DNA of 64,000 bases from Podarcis erhardii. Taxonomy: Eukaryota. Location of the stretch: NCBI GenBank assembly GCA_964252035.1, contig OZ176201.1. One strand, given 5' to 3'. Position numbers and translations under genes: made by a program. Under the pieces are notes generated by a model. That model had not been told where the DNA came from, searched no databases, and was given only the letters and a program-made list of their open reading frames with translations. Shown here piece after piece: positions 1 through 12,144 of this stretch (position 1 is its first letter; each line of letters opens with the position of its first letter).

Positions 1-979
1 GCGATCAAATGGGTTTAAGCAGCTGCTGGGTTTCATCTGCTCGCCTTCTCTTTATTTGTTGATTCCCACTCCCCCCCTTTTTTTTACATATGGGAAACAA
101 CATCATCAAATGAATTTGGACCAAGGTGCAAGCTGCGCTCCACAGCTAAATGAGTTCTGCAGGCTGAGGCTTCTGAGTGTAAGTGGCAGCGAGGAACAGT
201 CACAGCCTTGCTTTATTAATATCGGAACAGAGTTGCTGATTGAATGGAGTAATTGAGACAAGGCAGCAGAGTGTGGAAGGAGAAGAGAAACTAGCATGTC
301 ATTAGATGCATGTGGCAATTAAGTAGTCACAATAGTCCTGGCTAACAACCACGTTTCCCTGCTGCCCTCTCACACAGCACCGTAATCCACAGGAGCCAGG
401 CATAGTTTCCCTCACCTTTCTCCAAAACTGCACGATTGATGCACTTCTGCAAATTGCACATCAGCAACAGCAACATGGGATTGTTGATGGAGTATTACAG
501 ATAAATATACCTGAGCAAGCCATGTATTTCCAAACACGTCTCATTCACATGTTATGGGCTGGACCTAGAGTTTCACAGAGTGGAATTCTGTGAGCTGAAT
601 GCTTGTGGGGGCAGAAAGAGGAGAAGTGGATCCCACCGATTCCCCCTCTTGTTGCAGACCACTTTGGCCCCCAAAATCTGGTCTTGAGAATTGGAGAACC
701 ATTTGGAACTCAGTTGGGGGACCCTCTGGGAGGTGGGACTGGAGGCTGCAGGGGAGATGGGGAATTGGTGGAAATCAGACCCTCTCTTTCACCCACAGGA
801 ACATCCAGTTCATGGGGGGGGGGGGAACCTCTCCTGGACCTGATCTCTTTTGCAAATGGAACAGCAGTTCTCCCTTGAACCCATCTTTTTAACATATGCA
901 TCATGTAAAATAGGTGTAAATTACATTATATAGCAAATGTCCAATGTGCGTGTAGCCCCCCAAGAAGCTAAGAAATATA

Positions 980-1210
980 TTATAATGAGAACAATTTGAA
1001 TCATTCAATAGTTAGAAAAAATATGAAGCAGGAATGGGAAATTTTAGAGAGCCATGGAAGGATGGATGGGAAGTCGATGGAACAGAATTGATGTAATGTA
1101 TCTACAGTATCTTTTTTTCTCCCCCTTCCTTTTCTTTCACTTATTTCTTTTTTTATTCTTCATTCCTGTATTTTGTACTCTTATAAATTTATAAATAAAA
1201 ATTTAAAAAG
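980..1210 (+). mobile_element. 5'-truncated LINE 3' end (probably L1) with 18-bp target-site duplication
   Basis: AAGAAGCTAAGAAATATA occurs exactly at 962-979 and 1211-1228. The insert ends in an A-rich tail containing AATAAA. Family assignment is by resemblance only. Confidence 0.7.
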
Positions 1211-2167
1211 AAGAAGCTAAGAAATATAGCAGGTCAGTTTACATGACACATAGGAGTCTGTGGGCTCATTCCTGAGTGCTGCATTCCATTTTGTAGGAAA
1301 CAAGACTAGAGCATTTGGATTTTTGTAATAAAAAAATTAATTAAAAACAAAACAAACCCTCACAGGCTTTTGTCATGAAATATTGGGTATTTTGGCAATT
1401 TCTGTGGTGTAAAGTGGATTGGCTGGAGAAATCACTTGACCAGCCTTATTTCTGATCTGCCTTGTATTTCATGAAATGTCATTGCATAGATGACTATCTC
1501 TGCTCTGCAGTGCCAGAGGGTGTTTCTTTTAAGAATCTTCTGCTTAGACAGACAGAATGCGGGAGCTTAACCTCATTTAAGGGAGCTGCTGTGCAAAGCC
1601 AACGTTCTCAGCCGCCATTCTGGATGCCTGCCACTCATCTGAATGATGATCCACTTCTGACCCTGCCTCAGGACTCTGCTAATATCAAGACAGCCACCTT
1701 GTGAATGTGAGAGGTGACAGGGCTGTTCGCACATTTTTTCCTCCTATACCAAGTCACTCAAGAAAGTGATCTAAGGTCAGCCAGATTTAACGCTAGAAAT
1801 GGAAGAGGCCTCAGCGTTCCTGGCATTCCATCATTTGATACGTTAAAAATGGGTGTGATTGGAGTGCCATACCAATTATTTATTTGAAAGAGCATTTGGT
1901 CAGGTGCATCCCCGTCTGCTATCTGAAATGGTAATGTTTTCTGCCTTGGTGAGGACTGGATTCTTGTTTTGATGTTGACTGCCCCTTCCCAGACTTCTTT
2001 GTTGTGCAGAGTACAATGTACATGAGTTACAGCAGGGTTCAGCTTTCAAGATGTGGAAGGTTGTGATGCTATGGAGGGGCCAGGGAGACTTCCCCTGCTT
2101 TCCCCATCAGAAGAGGGTGGCAGGGCTTGAATAGGGATATTGTACCCTGATTTCATTAGTCCCTTAT

Positions 2168-2335
2168 GAACATATAAAAGGAAGAGCCTGCAGGATCAGG
2201 CCAATAGCCCATTTAGTTCAGCATCCTGTTCTCCCAGTGGCCAACCAGATGCCTGGGAGAAACCTGAGAGCAGGATTCAAGTACAAAAGCGTTCTCCCCT
2301 CCTGAGGTTTTCAGCAAGTGGTAATATCAGAGCAA
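2168..2335 (-). mobile_element. CR1-type LINE 3' fragment (dispersed family)
   Basis: Matches the motif AAGAACATAAGAAGAGCCTGCTGGATCAGGCC...AGCATCCTGTTCTCACAGTGGCC, which recurs near 19957, 21680, 27740, 39960, 45120 and 48560. CR1 assignment is from recall of squamate CR1 3' ends. Confidence 0.7.
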
Positions 2336-2503
2336 GGAAGGCCACGTGACAATATTGTGCCCAATCTGGGCCTGGTTGCTAAACCAGTTTCAGGCTGGAG
2401 CAGAAATCTGCCTCTGCTCATTCCACTTTGGATGCCTTGAGTAGCAGGGCTGCAGGTTCAGTGATGGCCCCTCACTCTATAGAGCACAGCTGGGCTAGGG
2501 AAA

Positions 2504-2740
2504 AAGAAGAGAAGAGTTTGGATTTGATATCCTGCTTTATCACTACCCAAAGGAGTCTCAAAGCGGCTAACATTCTCCACCCCCCCCCAACAAACACTTT
2601 GTGAGGTGAGTGGGGCTGAGAGACTTCAGAGAAGTGTGACTAGCCCAAGTTCACCCAGCAGCTGCATGTGGAGGAGTGGAGACGCGAACCCGGTTCCCCA
2701 GATTACAAGTCCACCGCTCTTAACCACTACACCACACTGG
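2504..2740 (-). mobile_element. Squam3-type tRNA-derived SINE (lacertid-like), near full length
   Basis: The reverse complement begins CCAGTGTGGTGTAGTGGTTAAGAGCGGTGGAC (A box), has GGTTCGCG (B box-like), and ends GATATCAAATCCAAACTCTTCTCTTCTT. Confidence 0.85.
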
Positions 2741-2875
2741 AAGGTGAGAAGGTAGGAGTGTTCCCCAAAATACACATTTATATGCTCATGCATTATCCCT
2801 TACAATACTATTTTGTATGCCCACCCAGCTACCTCAGCATTAGAGTTTAGACACAGAATACAAACCTCCTTTAAA

Positions 2876-3031
2876 AAATATATTCCTGGCACGTCCAACT
2901 TCCAAGAGACAGTGATCTACTCCCACTATAAATAAACTGGCTGTGATCTACCCATTGGATTGACCAGAGTTGTTGAACTTTTTTGGGGGGAGGATGAGCC
3001 AAAGTTGTTGACCGCGGGGTTGGACATCCCT
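2876..3031. mobile_element. hAT-like DNA transposon end fragment
   Basis: Ends GGGGTTGGACATCCCTG, a hAT-type terminus (reverse complement CAGGGATGTCCAAC). The other terminus was not found. Confidence 0.45.
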
Positions 3032-3360
3032 GATATATTCTAAATGTTCCTAATTTTTGCTGCTGCCTTCTCTTTGTTTTTGTTATTTGTTATGCTTTTA
3101 GATTTCAGTTGAATGTTCATTACTCTGTTTTCTGTAGAAAGGCAATTAACACATTTTATAAATGAATAAGCAAATAACCAAATAACGCAGTAATATCCAT
3201 TATTCACTTAAGTTTTCAGTTCTGCTGGTTCCTTTGCTTCATAAAAATGATTGTGTGGGTTTAGAAGCCAAACACCATGAAGACAATTGGGTGAAGGACA
3301 CATCATCATAACAATTTCATAATAATTTATTATTTATAGCCCACCCGTCTGGGTGAGCCA

Positions 3361-3516
3361 TAGGAAGCTGCCTTCTACCACTGGTCCATTTGGCTCAATA
3401 TTGTCTACACTGACTGGCAGCATCTCTCCCAGCCTTACATGAAGATGATGGGGATCAAAACCTGAGACGTTCTGCATGCCAGGCAGATGCTTTACTCCTG
3501 AGCTATGGCCCTTCCC
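3361..3516 (-). mobile_element. tRNA-derived SINE (Squam2-like)
   Basis: The reverse complement starts GGGAAGGGCCATAGCTCAG..AAAGCATCTGC..GCATGCAGAA. Related copies lie near 9270-9400, 30712-30845, 32835-32940, 51100-51275 and 57808-57922. Confidence 0.7.
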
Positions 3517-4571
3517 CTAGGTTATGTAATGACAAATGATATAGTGACACAATTGTGTATGAGGAAGTAAAGTGTTGCTTGTGCAAACAACCATAAACCA
3601 TGTAACAAATGTTCTGTAATGACATGGGATACTCCACTGAAGATAATTCAGATATTTGCTGGAAATGAGCAGGAATCACATTAGAGGTACCAAAGGGTTC
3701 TTCAGAAGTACCAAAAGCAGTTTTAGCTAAGATACAGCATTAATTTATTATTACTGTCAATGCAATCATTTCTTAATTTCTGAAAATCAATTTTCCTTTT
3801 TGTCCATTTCAGCTGTTTACCACACACCTGAGAATGTATTCTAGGCTGCTGGCATCCTGAGGAAAAGCACTGCTCACACCTGCATGGGAATTTGACTGTC
3901 AATGTTTCACATTCTTAATTATCCTGTTTTTGAGAAAAGGAAGCGCTGCCTCATTTGGTTGAATACCTCTGCATTGTCAGCTCAGATACAAAAGTAGGAG
4001 ATTATAAAATGTGCATTTTCTTATAATCTTTTTTCCATGGGGGACAGAAGTTTTGCTTTCTTAAGATAACCTTGCAGCAGCAGGCGTAAGATTGTTAAGA
4101 TGAAAGTTGGTTTGTCTGGATACTCACTGCGTAAGTTCTTACACAACAAGGTGCCAAGGGAGAAAATGGTCTAGCAGGCATGCCTTCTGACTGAGTGCCC
4201 TTGAGCAAATCGCTGCGCCTATTTCTTACATTCATGCACTAAGCCAAGGGTCATCAATGTGGCCTCTGTTGTCACCTTGAGATCTTCCCCTGGCACCCAT
4301 GAAGCCTCTGAGCTCCCCCACTGCCCCCCCATCATGAGGTGATGAGAATGGTTACCTTTTTCTCCATCATACAGCTAGATGAGGAAACTCTGAGCTTTTC
4401 AAAGTCCAGAAACTGAAGATTGGAAAAATGAGAATTTCAGACAAATCACAAATCAAAATGGACAAGTTCACCCATCCCTAGTAATAACGCCTAATATAGG
4501 GATTGGAATCATATAGAGCTCAATGACAAAGCATGTATTTTGAATGCTAAGCACCTCCACTTGGGTTTGAC

Positions 4572-5055
4572 TGGCAGCTAGACTGGTGACTGGGAGTGGC
4601 TGCCGAGACCATATAACACTAGTCCTGAAAGATCGACATTGGCTCCCAATACGTTTCCAAGCACAATTCAAAGTGTTGGTGCTGACCTTTAAAGCCCTAA
4701 ATGGCCTTGGTCCAGTATACCTAAAGGAGCGTCTCTCCCCACCCCCCCACTCCCAGTCATTCTGCCTGGACACTGAGGTCCAGCTCAGAGGGTCTTATGG
4801 CAGTTCCCTCACTGTGAGAAGTGAGGTTACAGGGAACTAGGCAGAGGGCCTTCTTGGTAGTGGCACCTGCCCTGTGGAATGCTCTCCCATCAGATGTCAA
4901 GGAAATAAACAACTATCTGACTTTTAGAAGACATCTGAAGGCAACCCTGTTTAGGGAAGTTTTTAATGTTTGATGTTTTATCGTGCTTTTAATATTCTGT
5001 TGAGAGCTGCCCAGAGTGACTGGGGAAACCCAGCCGGATGGGCAGGGTATAATAT

Positions 5056-5056
<1 letters not shown>
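4572..5056 (+). mobile_element. L2 LINE 3' end (ORF2 C-terminus plus 3' UTR)
   Basis: Translates ...AARLVTG..DHIT.VLKDRHWLPIRFQAQFKVLVLTFKALNGLGPVYLKERL, the typical L2 C-terminal HWLP motif. A closely similar second copy lies at 41810-42235. Confidence 0.9.

Positions 5057-5135
<79 letters not shown>
5057..5135 (+). repeat. (ATTT)n then (ATT)n microsatellite, tail of the L2
   Basis: Visible directly; it abuts the L2 3' end. Confidence 0.95.
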
Positions 5136-5136
<1 letters not shown>

Positions 5137-5244
5137 AATCCTCAGCATTTCCATTCTTAAGGAACCCAGTTAGCAGTGTTGTGAAAAGCCTCGGAGACCC
5201 CAGAAGTCACCACCAATATCAAACTAGATGGACCACTCATCTAG

Positions 5245-5385
5245 CTGTATAAGGAGCCTTGTTGTTAGAGCTCTATGTAAAAATGAGACAGCAATGATTT
5301 CAAGGAGGGTAGCAGAACTATTTTTAAGAGAAGTCCGACAACAAACTCTCCAGACCTCCCTCCTTTCATGCCTCATCCGTGTCAG
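5245..5385 (+). CDS. Candidate internal coding exon, product unknown
   Basis: CTAG| acceptor and AG|GTGAAG donor; 141 nt, phase 2-2; open frame CIRSLVVRALCKNETAMISRRVAELFLREVRQQTLQTSLLSCLIRV. Splice sites are weak and no homology is recognised. Confidence 0.2.
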
Positions 5386-6053
5386 GTGAAGGATCCATTT
5401 GGCCTGGTGTCCTCCTGTCATTAGGAATAACCAGTGACTTGGGGGAAAAGGTCAAAATCAATTACAAATTAGAGAAAGCAAAACCCAAGTGAGCAGAAGT
5501 CAACAAGCCAGGTTTGAAGAGAAGTTTCCAGTGAGGTGTCAAGACGGGATTTTTAGGAATAGTTTACTGTCCCTTGCTAGCTGTAGGCTTCCATTGGGTG
5601 TCACCACAGAGGACTGGCTTGTCGGGGCCTGTTAGTGTTTTTGGGAAATGTCAGAGTGGGTGTCTGATGTGCCCTTATGCTTACTCTAATTGACTTGGCA
5701 CACTTTTTGTTCTTATTATATGTCACAGCACATGTGTGTCACGTTTCCGTTATCCACCACTCAGCCTTCTTAGATGTTTCGCGGGAAACGCTTCTGTTCT
5801 TTCCATCCAAATCAGCATCAAAGAATGTCACCCCTTTCCCTGTAAGGAAACTTGTGGTGCCAGGTTTTCGAGATATTGTATGACAGCAGCCAAACACTTT
5901 TCTGAACAAGGGGCCTCTTTCTTCATACTGATATGTTTTCCCTCTCCTGTGACCTCTGTCTGGGCGTGACTTATGCATTATGAAGCATGGCTACTGGACA
6001 CTGGGAAACAACAGAGGCAGGATGTGGTGGTGGTGATGGTGCCCTACTTGTAG

Positions 6054-6233
6054 GCTTCAAAGGTGGCTTGCCTAGCGGGGTGGAGCTGCAATGCTAGGCT
6101 TCTTGCCAGTGGGGTCACTGCTGCTTCCCAGGAGGGTGTCCTAGCTCCTGCCCAGACTATGATCACAGAGGCTCTTGCCCAAGGAAGGAGGGGGTATTCA
6201 TTGAAGCAGAGAATATTTATAGCTCAGAAACAG
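6054..6233 (+). CDS. Candidate internal coding exon, product unknown
   Basis: CCCTACTTGTAG| acceptor and CAG|GTAATA donor; 180 nt, phase 0-0; only one frame is open (ASKVACLAGWSCNARLL...RIFIAQKQ). Phase-compatible with 7244-7359. Confidence 0.25.
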
Positions 6234-6465
6234 GTAATAAGGCACAGTGGCTGCTACATTCAGGCTACATGGCAAGCAAGGAAATTTGGTGGTCTAGTTT
6301 TAAGGAGTCCAAAATCAGGACAAGAAGTTCAGAACTGCACAGAAGCGATGGAGTTGTCCCAATGGGTTGGCATACCCAACTTGTCAAACTGTTAAATATA
6401 GGCCAAGGCAAGCTTATTCATGTGCCTGGTGAGAATGCTGAGCATGGGTGTGCCAGTTCTGGTGG

Positions 6466-6529
6466 TCTTCTTCTTCTTCTTCTTCTTCTTCTTCTTCTTC
6501 TTCTTCTTCTTCTTCTTCTTCTTCTTCTT
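6466..6529. repeat. (CTT/GAA) trinucleotide microsatellite, about 21 units
   Basis: Visible directly. It adjoins TTTATATACCGCCCTATAC, an L2-type 3' end in reverse orientation, so it is probably a retroposon tail. Confidence 0.95.
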
Positions 6530-7243
6530 TACTGAATTTATATACCGCCCTATACTCGGAGATCTTCTCATAGGTACCTGGTTAACAAATGTGGGGAGCA
6601 GGAATGCTGGACTGAACAGGCCTTTTGTCTGATCCAGCAATGCTATTATTATCACCAATAATATTCATTATATTTTAATGTTTGTGTTACTGGTTTTTAT
6701 ACGTTGCAAACCACTTTAAAGCTTATTTTGGAATTAAGTGGTAAAGAAATTTAACAATAACAATAACAAGAATAACAACAGTAACAACAATTACAGTGAT
6801 GAATTTATGAATTATCTTTCACATACTTTTCAAGGCAATTTACCAAACAGAAATTCAGAACCAAACAAACACTCTGCTTTCCTCCAGCAAATGCCACTGA
6901 CCCAGTGCAAAAACTAAACAGTTTCACATTTGGACAAGGCCCCAATCCAGTTGCCAAATGCCTAATGTCCTCAGCCTTCCTTATCATTGTTAAGACGTCT
7001 GTAGTAGGAGCCTTCTGTTCCTGATGCTGATTCTTTTTGAAGCACCAAATCCCCCTTGGCATGGGTTAATTGAATGGACATATTTCATTAAACAAAGCCT
7101 TCTCCATCTGTTCTCTCCCAATTATGAATGCAAAAAAATAAAAATAAAAACCCCAAACAGACACACACAGAGAATGTGTTTCTCAGTTACATGAAGGAAA
7201 AGGGGATTGATGGTTTTAAATGCCTGTAAATAGCTTTTCCAAG

Positions 7244-7359
7244 GACAGCCCCACTGCTGCCATTTCCCCACCCACATCTCCAGACAACGATTTCTCAGCT
7301 CACCAGGTCTCCTCTATGCAGGAACAAGCTCCTCTTGTGAATGAAGACTTGCTTAACAG
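7244..7359 (+). CDS. Candidate internal coding exon, product unknown
   Basis: TAGCTTTTCCAAG| acceptor and consensus CAG|GTAAGT donor; 116 nt, phase 0-2; reads DSPTAAISPPTSPDNDFSAHQVSSMQEQAPLVNEDLLN. Confidence 0.35.
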
Positions 7360-7549
7360 GTAAGTGTCCCAACTGGATAAAATGCAACATAACAAGGACT
7401 ATGGCCGGCTGTGCTTGAGGCAGGCAGAGCTGTAATCAAACAAGGCCTCCCTTGAGAGTTGGGTTTGTTTGCAAGGATGTTGCTATTCATTGCCAAGAAA
7501 AGGAAGCCCCACATTAATAGCTGGAAAGTAGTTCTTGCCATTCGCTGTT

Positions 7550-7799
7550 TGATGCCATGGAAGCTACCCTGCTGCATCCTGTAGGTTTCCATCTTGTTCC
7601 TCATGCTATTTCACATTTATATGAAGCCACTGAGAGTTGTCATCAGAGGTCTTGTTACCGATATGTGGAGGACACCCAACTCTATCTCTCTGCTTCATCT
7701 GAATCCTGAAAGAGCTGAAGTGCTAGACAGGTGCTTGGAGACAGTGATGGGTTGGTTACATTCCAACATATTGATACTGAATCCTGAAGAAACATACGT
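7550..7799 (+). mobile_element. Degenerate L2 reverse-transcriptase fragment
   Basis: LFHIYMKPL..VIR...VLDRCLETVMGW..SN.L.LNPEET resembles the L2 RT core (LFNIYMKPL...RCL..IMDWM..NKLKLNP.KT). Confidence 0.75.
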
Positions 7800-7985
7800 G
7801 TGATATGTTCCAAGTCCTCAGGTCCAGGAGGTGGGACACCTCCATCTGCTCCAGCTGCAACAAAACATGTGTCACCCATAGCGGTCTCTACAGCCACAGC
7901 AGGCACTGTAACTCTCCAATGGTTTGACTTCACCAGCACAGGCGCATTCCTCCATTGTCTCCCAAGACAGATGAATGCCAACAAT
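7800..7985 (+). mobile_element. RTE-clade LINE 3' end
   Basis: ATCTGCTCCAGCTGCAACAAAACATGT...CTCTACAGCCACAGCAGGCACTGT encodes the terminal C-x2-C...H-x3-C knuckle remnant. A second copy is at about 12145-12320 in the opposite orientation. Confidence 0.65.
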
Positions 7986-9422
7986 GGCCAGTTGTAAATA
8001 TAGAATTCTCCATAAGCAAATTGTGGAAATTTGTCATATCTTATTGATATGTGGGGGCTCATCAAGGACAGAAAGGGTCCTACAGATGTGCACATCTGCC
8101 TGTGCATAAAGATGCCTCGTAAGTATGACCAGTCAGGGGGGATATCGATCTGACTTGTTTTTCTCCTGCCATATCCTTTTTATTCTATATTGCCCATTAA
8201 TGATTTGTACTCGGGGGCTTCCAGCCAATGGAATGTGTTCAGCACTTCTCTCCAAACGGCGTTTCATTTAAAAAAAGAAAGATGTGGTACATTGAAAGAC
8301 AGCAAAAGTAAGCCTGCTAAATGATTAGTTCTGCATTCCCTGCATTTACTGTCACCCTCAGGTGCAATCACACTGCAACTAAATGAAACCTCTGGAAATG
8401 AATTTTAGACTGCGACAGCCCTTCTAAGCCCTTGAGGCATTTAAATTCCAGACTCAGCAGTGGGATTATTACCTCAGCCTGGCAGTTAACCGTGTCTTTA
8501 AGCCGAGATGCCGCCCCATTTTGGAGCTCTCTTGTATAATGAGTACAGAAGACTGAGGGGCACATTACCCTTTCCAAATTAAACATTGCATCAGGTGGCC
8601 CTCCCTATCGAAAGGGGCTGCTTGGCTGCTTCCTCCTCTTCCTAGTTTCCTTTGCTTTCCAGGCCTTGCCGTGCTGCACGGACTGTTTTCTGGGGCACCC
8701 CCTGGAATGTGGGGAGGCAAGCATTTTATGGCTTCCTTTCCGCCGTTGCTCATTTGCTTTCTTACACGGACCGGCGGCGTAGGGCTGATTTCTGCTGCTG
8801 CCGTGTGCTTCTCTGAAACGTTTGCTGCTGTGGCTGGCTGGCTCATCAGCCCATCTGGCATGGAGCAAGGAGACTGCAACGTTCTGCAGATGGTGCTGCC
8901 ACAATTGTGGCAGCGGGTTAGTGAGTGTCTGGCCAGCTCGACCAGGGCAGCCGATGCTAGGGCTGCTGGAGGAATTCAGCTAGGCTGCATTCCGAAGCAA
9001 GCTGTCCTGTCCTGTACATCCTGGACTGCGGTACAAATCGGAATGTGGTTAGCCTTGAAGGCTTATATTGTTATGAGGTGGTCTGAGGGATCTTTTTTTA
9101 ACAAAAACAAACATACAAAATACAAGTCTTTTTTTACAGATACATAAGAACACAGGATGCTGGGAAGCTGCTTTACTGAGTCAGACCCATTCAGGTAGGA
9201 GCCATTTCAAACCATACCTGGAGATGCCAAGAAGTTCACCTTTTACAAGGGGGTAACTCAAAGGTAAAGCTTCAATCTCTGGCATCTCCAGGTAGGGTTG
9301 GGAGAGACATCTTCAAACCCTGGAGAGCCACTGTCAGTCACTGTAAGACAATATGGAACTAAATGGACCAATGGTCTGATTTTGTAAAAGCAATCCTAGG
9401 ATAGGATAGGATAGGATAGGAC

Positions 9423-9783
9423 TGAATCATAGAGTTGGAAGGGGCCCTGAGGATCATCTAGTGCCGTGGTTCCCAACATGAGGCACATACCCCACAGGGG
9501 GGCAATTTGATTTTTAAGAGGGGCAATTCAAGAATGAGTTAGACCAAGTTAATGGCCTTTTAGGCTTTCTCCACATGAATAGGAGTTCCCTTTTTGAGTA
9601 ATAAGAATTATATGTCATTGGGGGGGGGGACATCAGGATTTTAGAGGTGCTTAGATGGGGCATGGCCAAAAAAAGGTTGGGAACCACTGATCTAGTTCAA
9701 CTCCCTACAATGAAGGAATATGCAGGGATTGAACCTGCAACCTTGGCATTATCAGCATGTTGCTCCAACCAGTTTAGCTATCC
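9423..9783 (-). mobile_element. tRNA(Ile)-like SINE with CR1-type tail, interrupted by a hAT MITE
   Basis: The reverse-complement head GGATAGCTAAACTGGTTGGAGC...GATAATGCCAAGGTTGCAGGTTCAATCCC resembles tRNA-Ile; the tail is CTTCCAACTCTATGATTC. A related copy is at about 54915-55035. Confidence 0.65.
9464..9689. mobile_element. hAT MITE
   Basis: TIRs C(C/A)GTGGTTCCCAAC and GTTGGGAACCACTG; 8-bp TSD ATCTAGTG/ATCTAGTT. Confidence 0.85.
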
Positions 9784-12144
9784 TAAGCATGAAGTGAGCT
9801 ACAGTCCATTTGCCTTTGTCGAAAACCAAGGACCTCTTGCATCTAATCCCAAACACCTATCTGAAATGCAGCCCGAAATGTTCTTAGTTATCCCTATGTC
9901 CACACAAAGGTGAAAAAGACATCATATTTGACCCAGTACATGCCTGGAAATTGTCAAGAGTTTCCTGATGGTGATTTGTGCTACCAGATAGGCATTTTTC
10001 AAATGACCACAGGCACCATGAAGTTGCATCTTTATCCGAGGAAGCGCCTTACAACTTATCTCTCCCAATCAATTTTGACCCCAGGGATAATGAGAGCTTT
10101 ACCCCCGCAAGAAGGCATTTGAGTTTCCTTAGGGCATAATATAGATTTCTTTGGCTTCTTTTTTTTTTGCAGTTCTTGCGAGAAGGATTAGCCCATTTTG
10201 TGTGCTTGCTAGAAGCACAGAGTAAATAGGTTTTCAGTGGTATGATCTTTTCCAGGTGACTGTCCTGTTGCAAGACTATGCTGTATTTATAGAAATCTTG
10301 ACTGATACCTGCCCAACTGCTTCTTAGAATCCTGCAAGGGATGATATCCCAACAATCCTCTTAAAGAAGGCACTTTCAGTCTGTCACTAGTTTCAGCTGG
10401 GATACAATCACCTTACTGACAAATGCAGGTCATGCAAATATAGTTGATAGGGAGGTTTTGTGCAACAAACCCACTTCCCCCAAAGGTCAGACCTTTTGTG
10501 ATCAGGAAAGTAATAGGGAAACGTGTTGGGACATGTGGGATGACCCTTGCTTTGCTGAAATGTCATCTAATCTCTTCACAAGCAAAACAGAGTGAATTCT
10601 CATTGAATAGCCAGCATTGTCTAATCTCTGTGGAGGCAAATGATCTACAGATCATCTAGACATGCCCAGAGATTTTATTGTGAATTCAGAATTGTCTCGT
10701 CTTCTTGTTGCACCTAATATTGGACTAGTTCTGTGCTGCTGTTTCATCCTGCTGTTCTGTCAACTTTGTTAATGGTTAACAATTATTTTATAAGTATCTA
10801 AGATAATCATTAAGTCAAAGTGAGGAATTGCTTATTTTATTGTTTTAATGCTAATTTGCACCTGTTCCTACTGATTTTTTTAAAAAATGTATGTAAGCTG
10901 CCCTGGGACCATTCAGCGAAGTGCGGACAAAAAAGTACAAATAACAAAGAAGCATAAACAAATTGAGTGGTTTTTTTCCATAGCAAGACTTGTTTCCCAG
11001 GCACTATGAACCCACTCAGAAGTTGGCCCTATTGAATTCAAGGGGCTTACTCCCAGGAGAGTTTAGAATCGCAGCCTAAATCTACTCCATTTCAAAAAAA
11101 AAGCGGGGGAGGGGAAGAAAAGAGGTAGTGAGAAAGAGAGCATGAAAACAAACCAAGATTCATATGGTTCTTTTTCAAAAGCATCCAAATTTGATCCACT
11201 GTTGATGTTCTTTTTTCTCATCCTAGACTCTGCAGCAGGAGGTTTTTATGGCTTCAGGACAGCCAGGCACAGCCAGTGTCAGCACAACCTCTGCTCAATT
11301 CTGCGTTGGTGCCCAGAAAATGAGGTTCCATTCCCCAGAACTCAGGGGAACAAGGCAGATTACAGGCAGCCAGAAGGTATGCCACTGATTTACTGCCGAA
11401 GATAAACATGTAACCAGAACAGGATGTGCAAAGACTAACAATAAAGAGAGACTTCAGACATCTCCCTCTTCTGGTGTCTGATGTGTTTCAGAGGAAGGTT
11501 CCTGGAGGAGAGGGCTCCCTCTGTCTAGGCAGAAAGAAAACTCCACAACCCTCCATCTGCCTCTTCATTGCATCCCAGGGGAACCCTTTTAAGTGGCAAC
11601 ACTGATTCTGCATTAGCCCTTAGCATCGAGGAAATCCTCCATCAGAATACTGATGAATTAATGAACGTTCAAGATTTCTCTGCATATTTTTAAAAGATGA
11701 GTAGATGATTCCGAGCCTTCTGGAGGGACCCCATGATATCGCCTACAGATTTCGCTCTCAGTTGCTTGCAGGGTCAAAACCACCATGATTATGCCTTTTC
11801 AGGTCAAGCTGCTGTTCTTCTAAACTCCAAAGCCTTTTGAGAAAGCAGCTGAAATAGAAGCACCACAAAGCATCCTGTTCAATCGCCTGTCATTGTTAGA
11901 AAGCAGGAAAAGAAAACATATACTGTACTCATTCTCTTCACTGGGGGATGTGCCTGTGCCAAAGAAATGGTATGCTATGACGACTAAGAGAAGGCCATTC
12001 TCTGTTGCTTCTCCACAACATTTGCTAAGCAGAGGAATATTGCTCCTAAAGATGGAGGTTCTATTTGGGCTACTGCTGTTGGTTAAATTTGGCTGTTTCT
12101 CCTCTGTGTACAATCTGTTTTGCTTAGTTGGAAGTAAGTGGAGA

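Noticed and set aside
600-890. G-rich segment with overlapping ORFs and possible G-quadruplex
   Set aside because: It looks like an unclassified dispersed repeat; I could not define its ends or family, and the ORFs have no coding signal.
5016-5252. ORF with YLFI repeats
   Set aside because: Translation of the (ATTT)n L2 tail.
6269-6658. ORFs with poly-Leu, poly-Phe and poly-Lys runs
   Set aside because: These are translations of the (CTT)n microsatellite.
8671-9147. 158-aa hydrophobic ORF behind a good acceptor in a slightly CpG-rich patch
   Set aside because: No recognisable domain, no clear donor, and overlapping ORFs on both strands suggest chance. The patch could be regulatory, but I cannot support that.
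9790-10225. Several protein-like short frames and a strong acceptor at about 10172
   Set aside because: The frames need multiple shifts to join, and the only nearby donor is weak.
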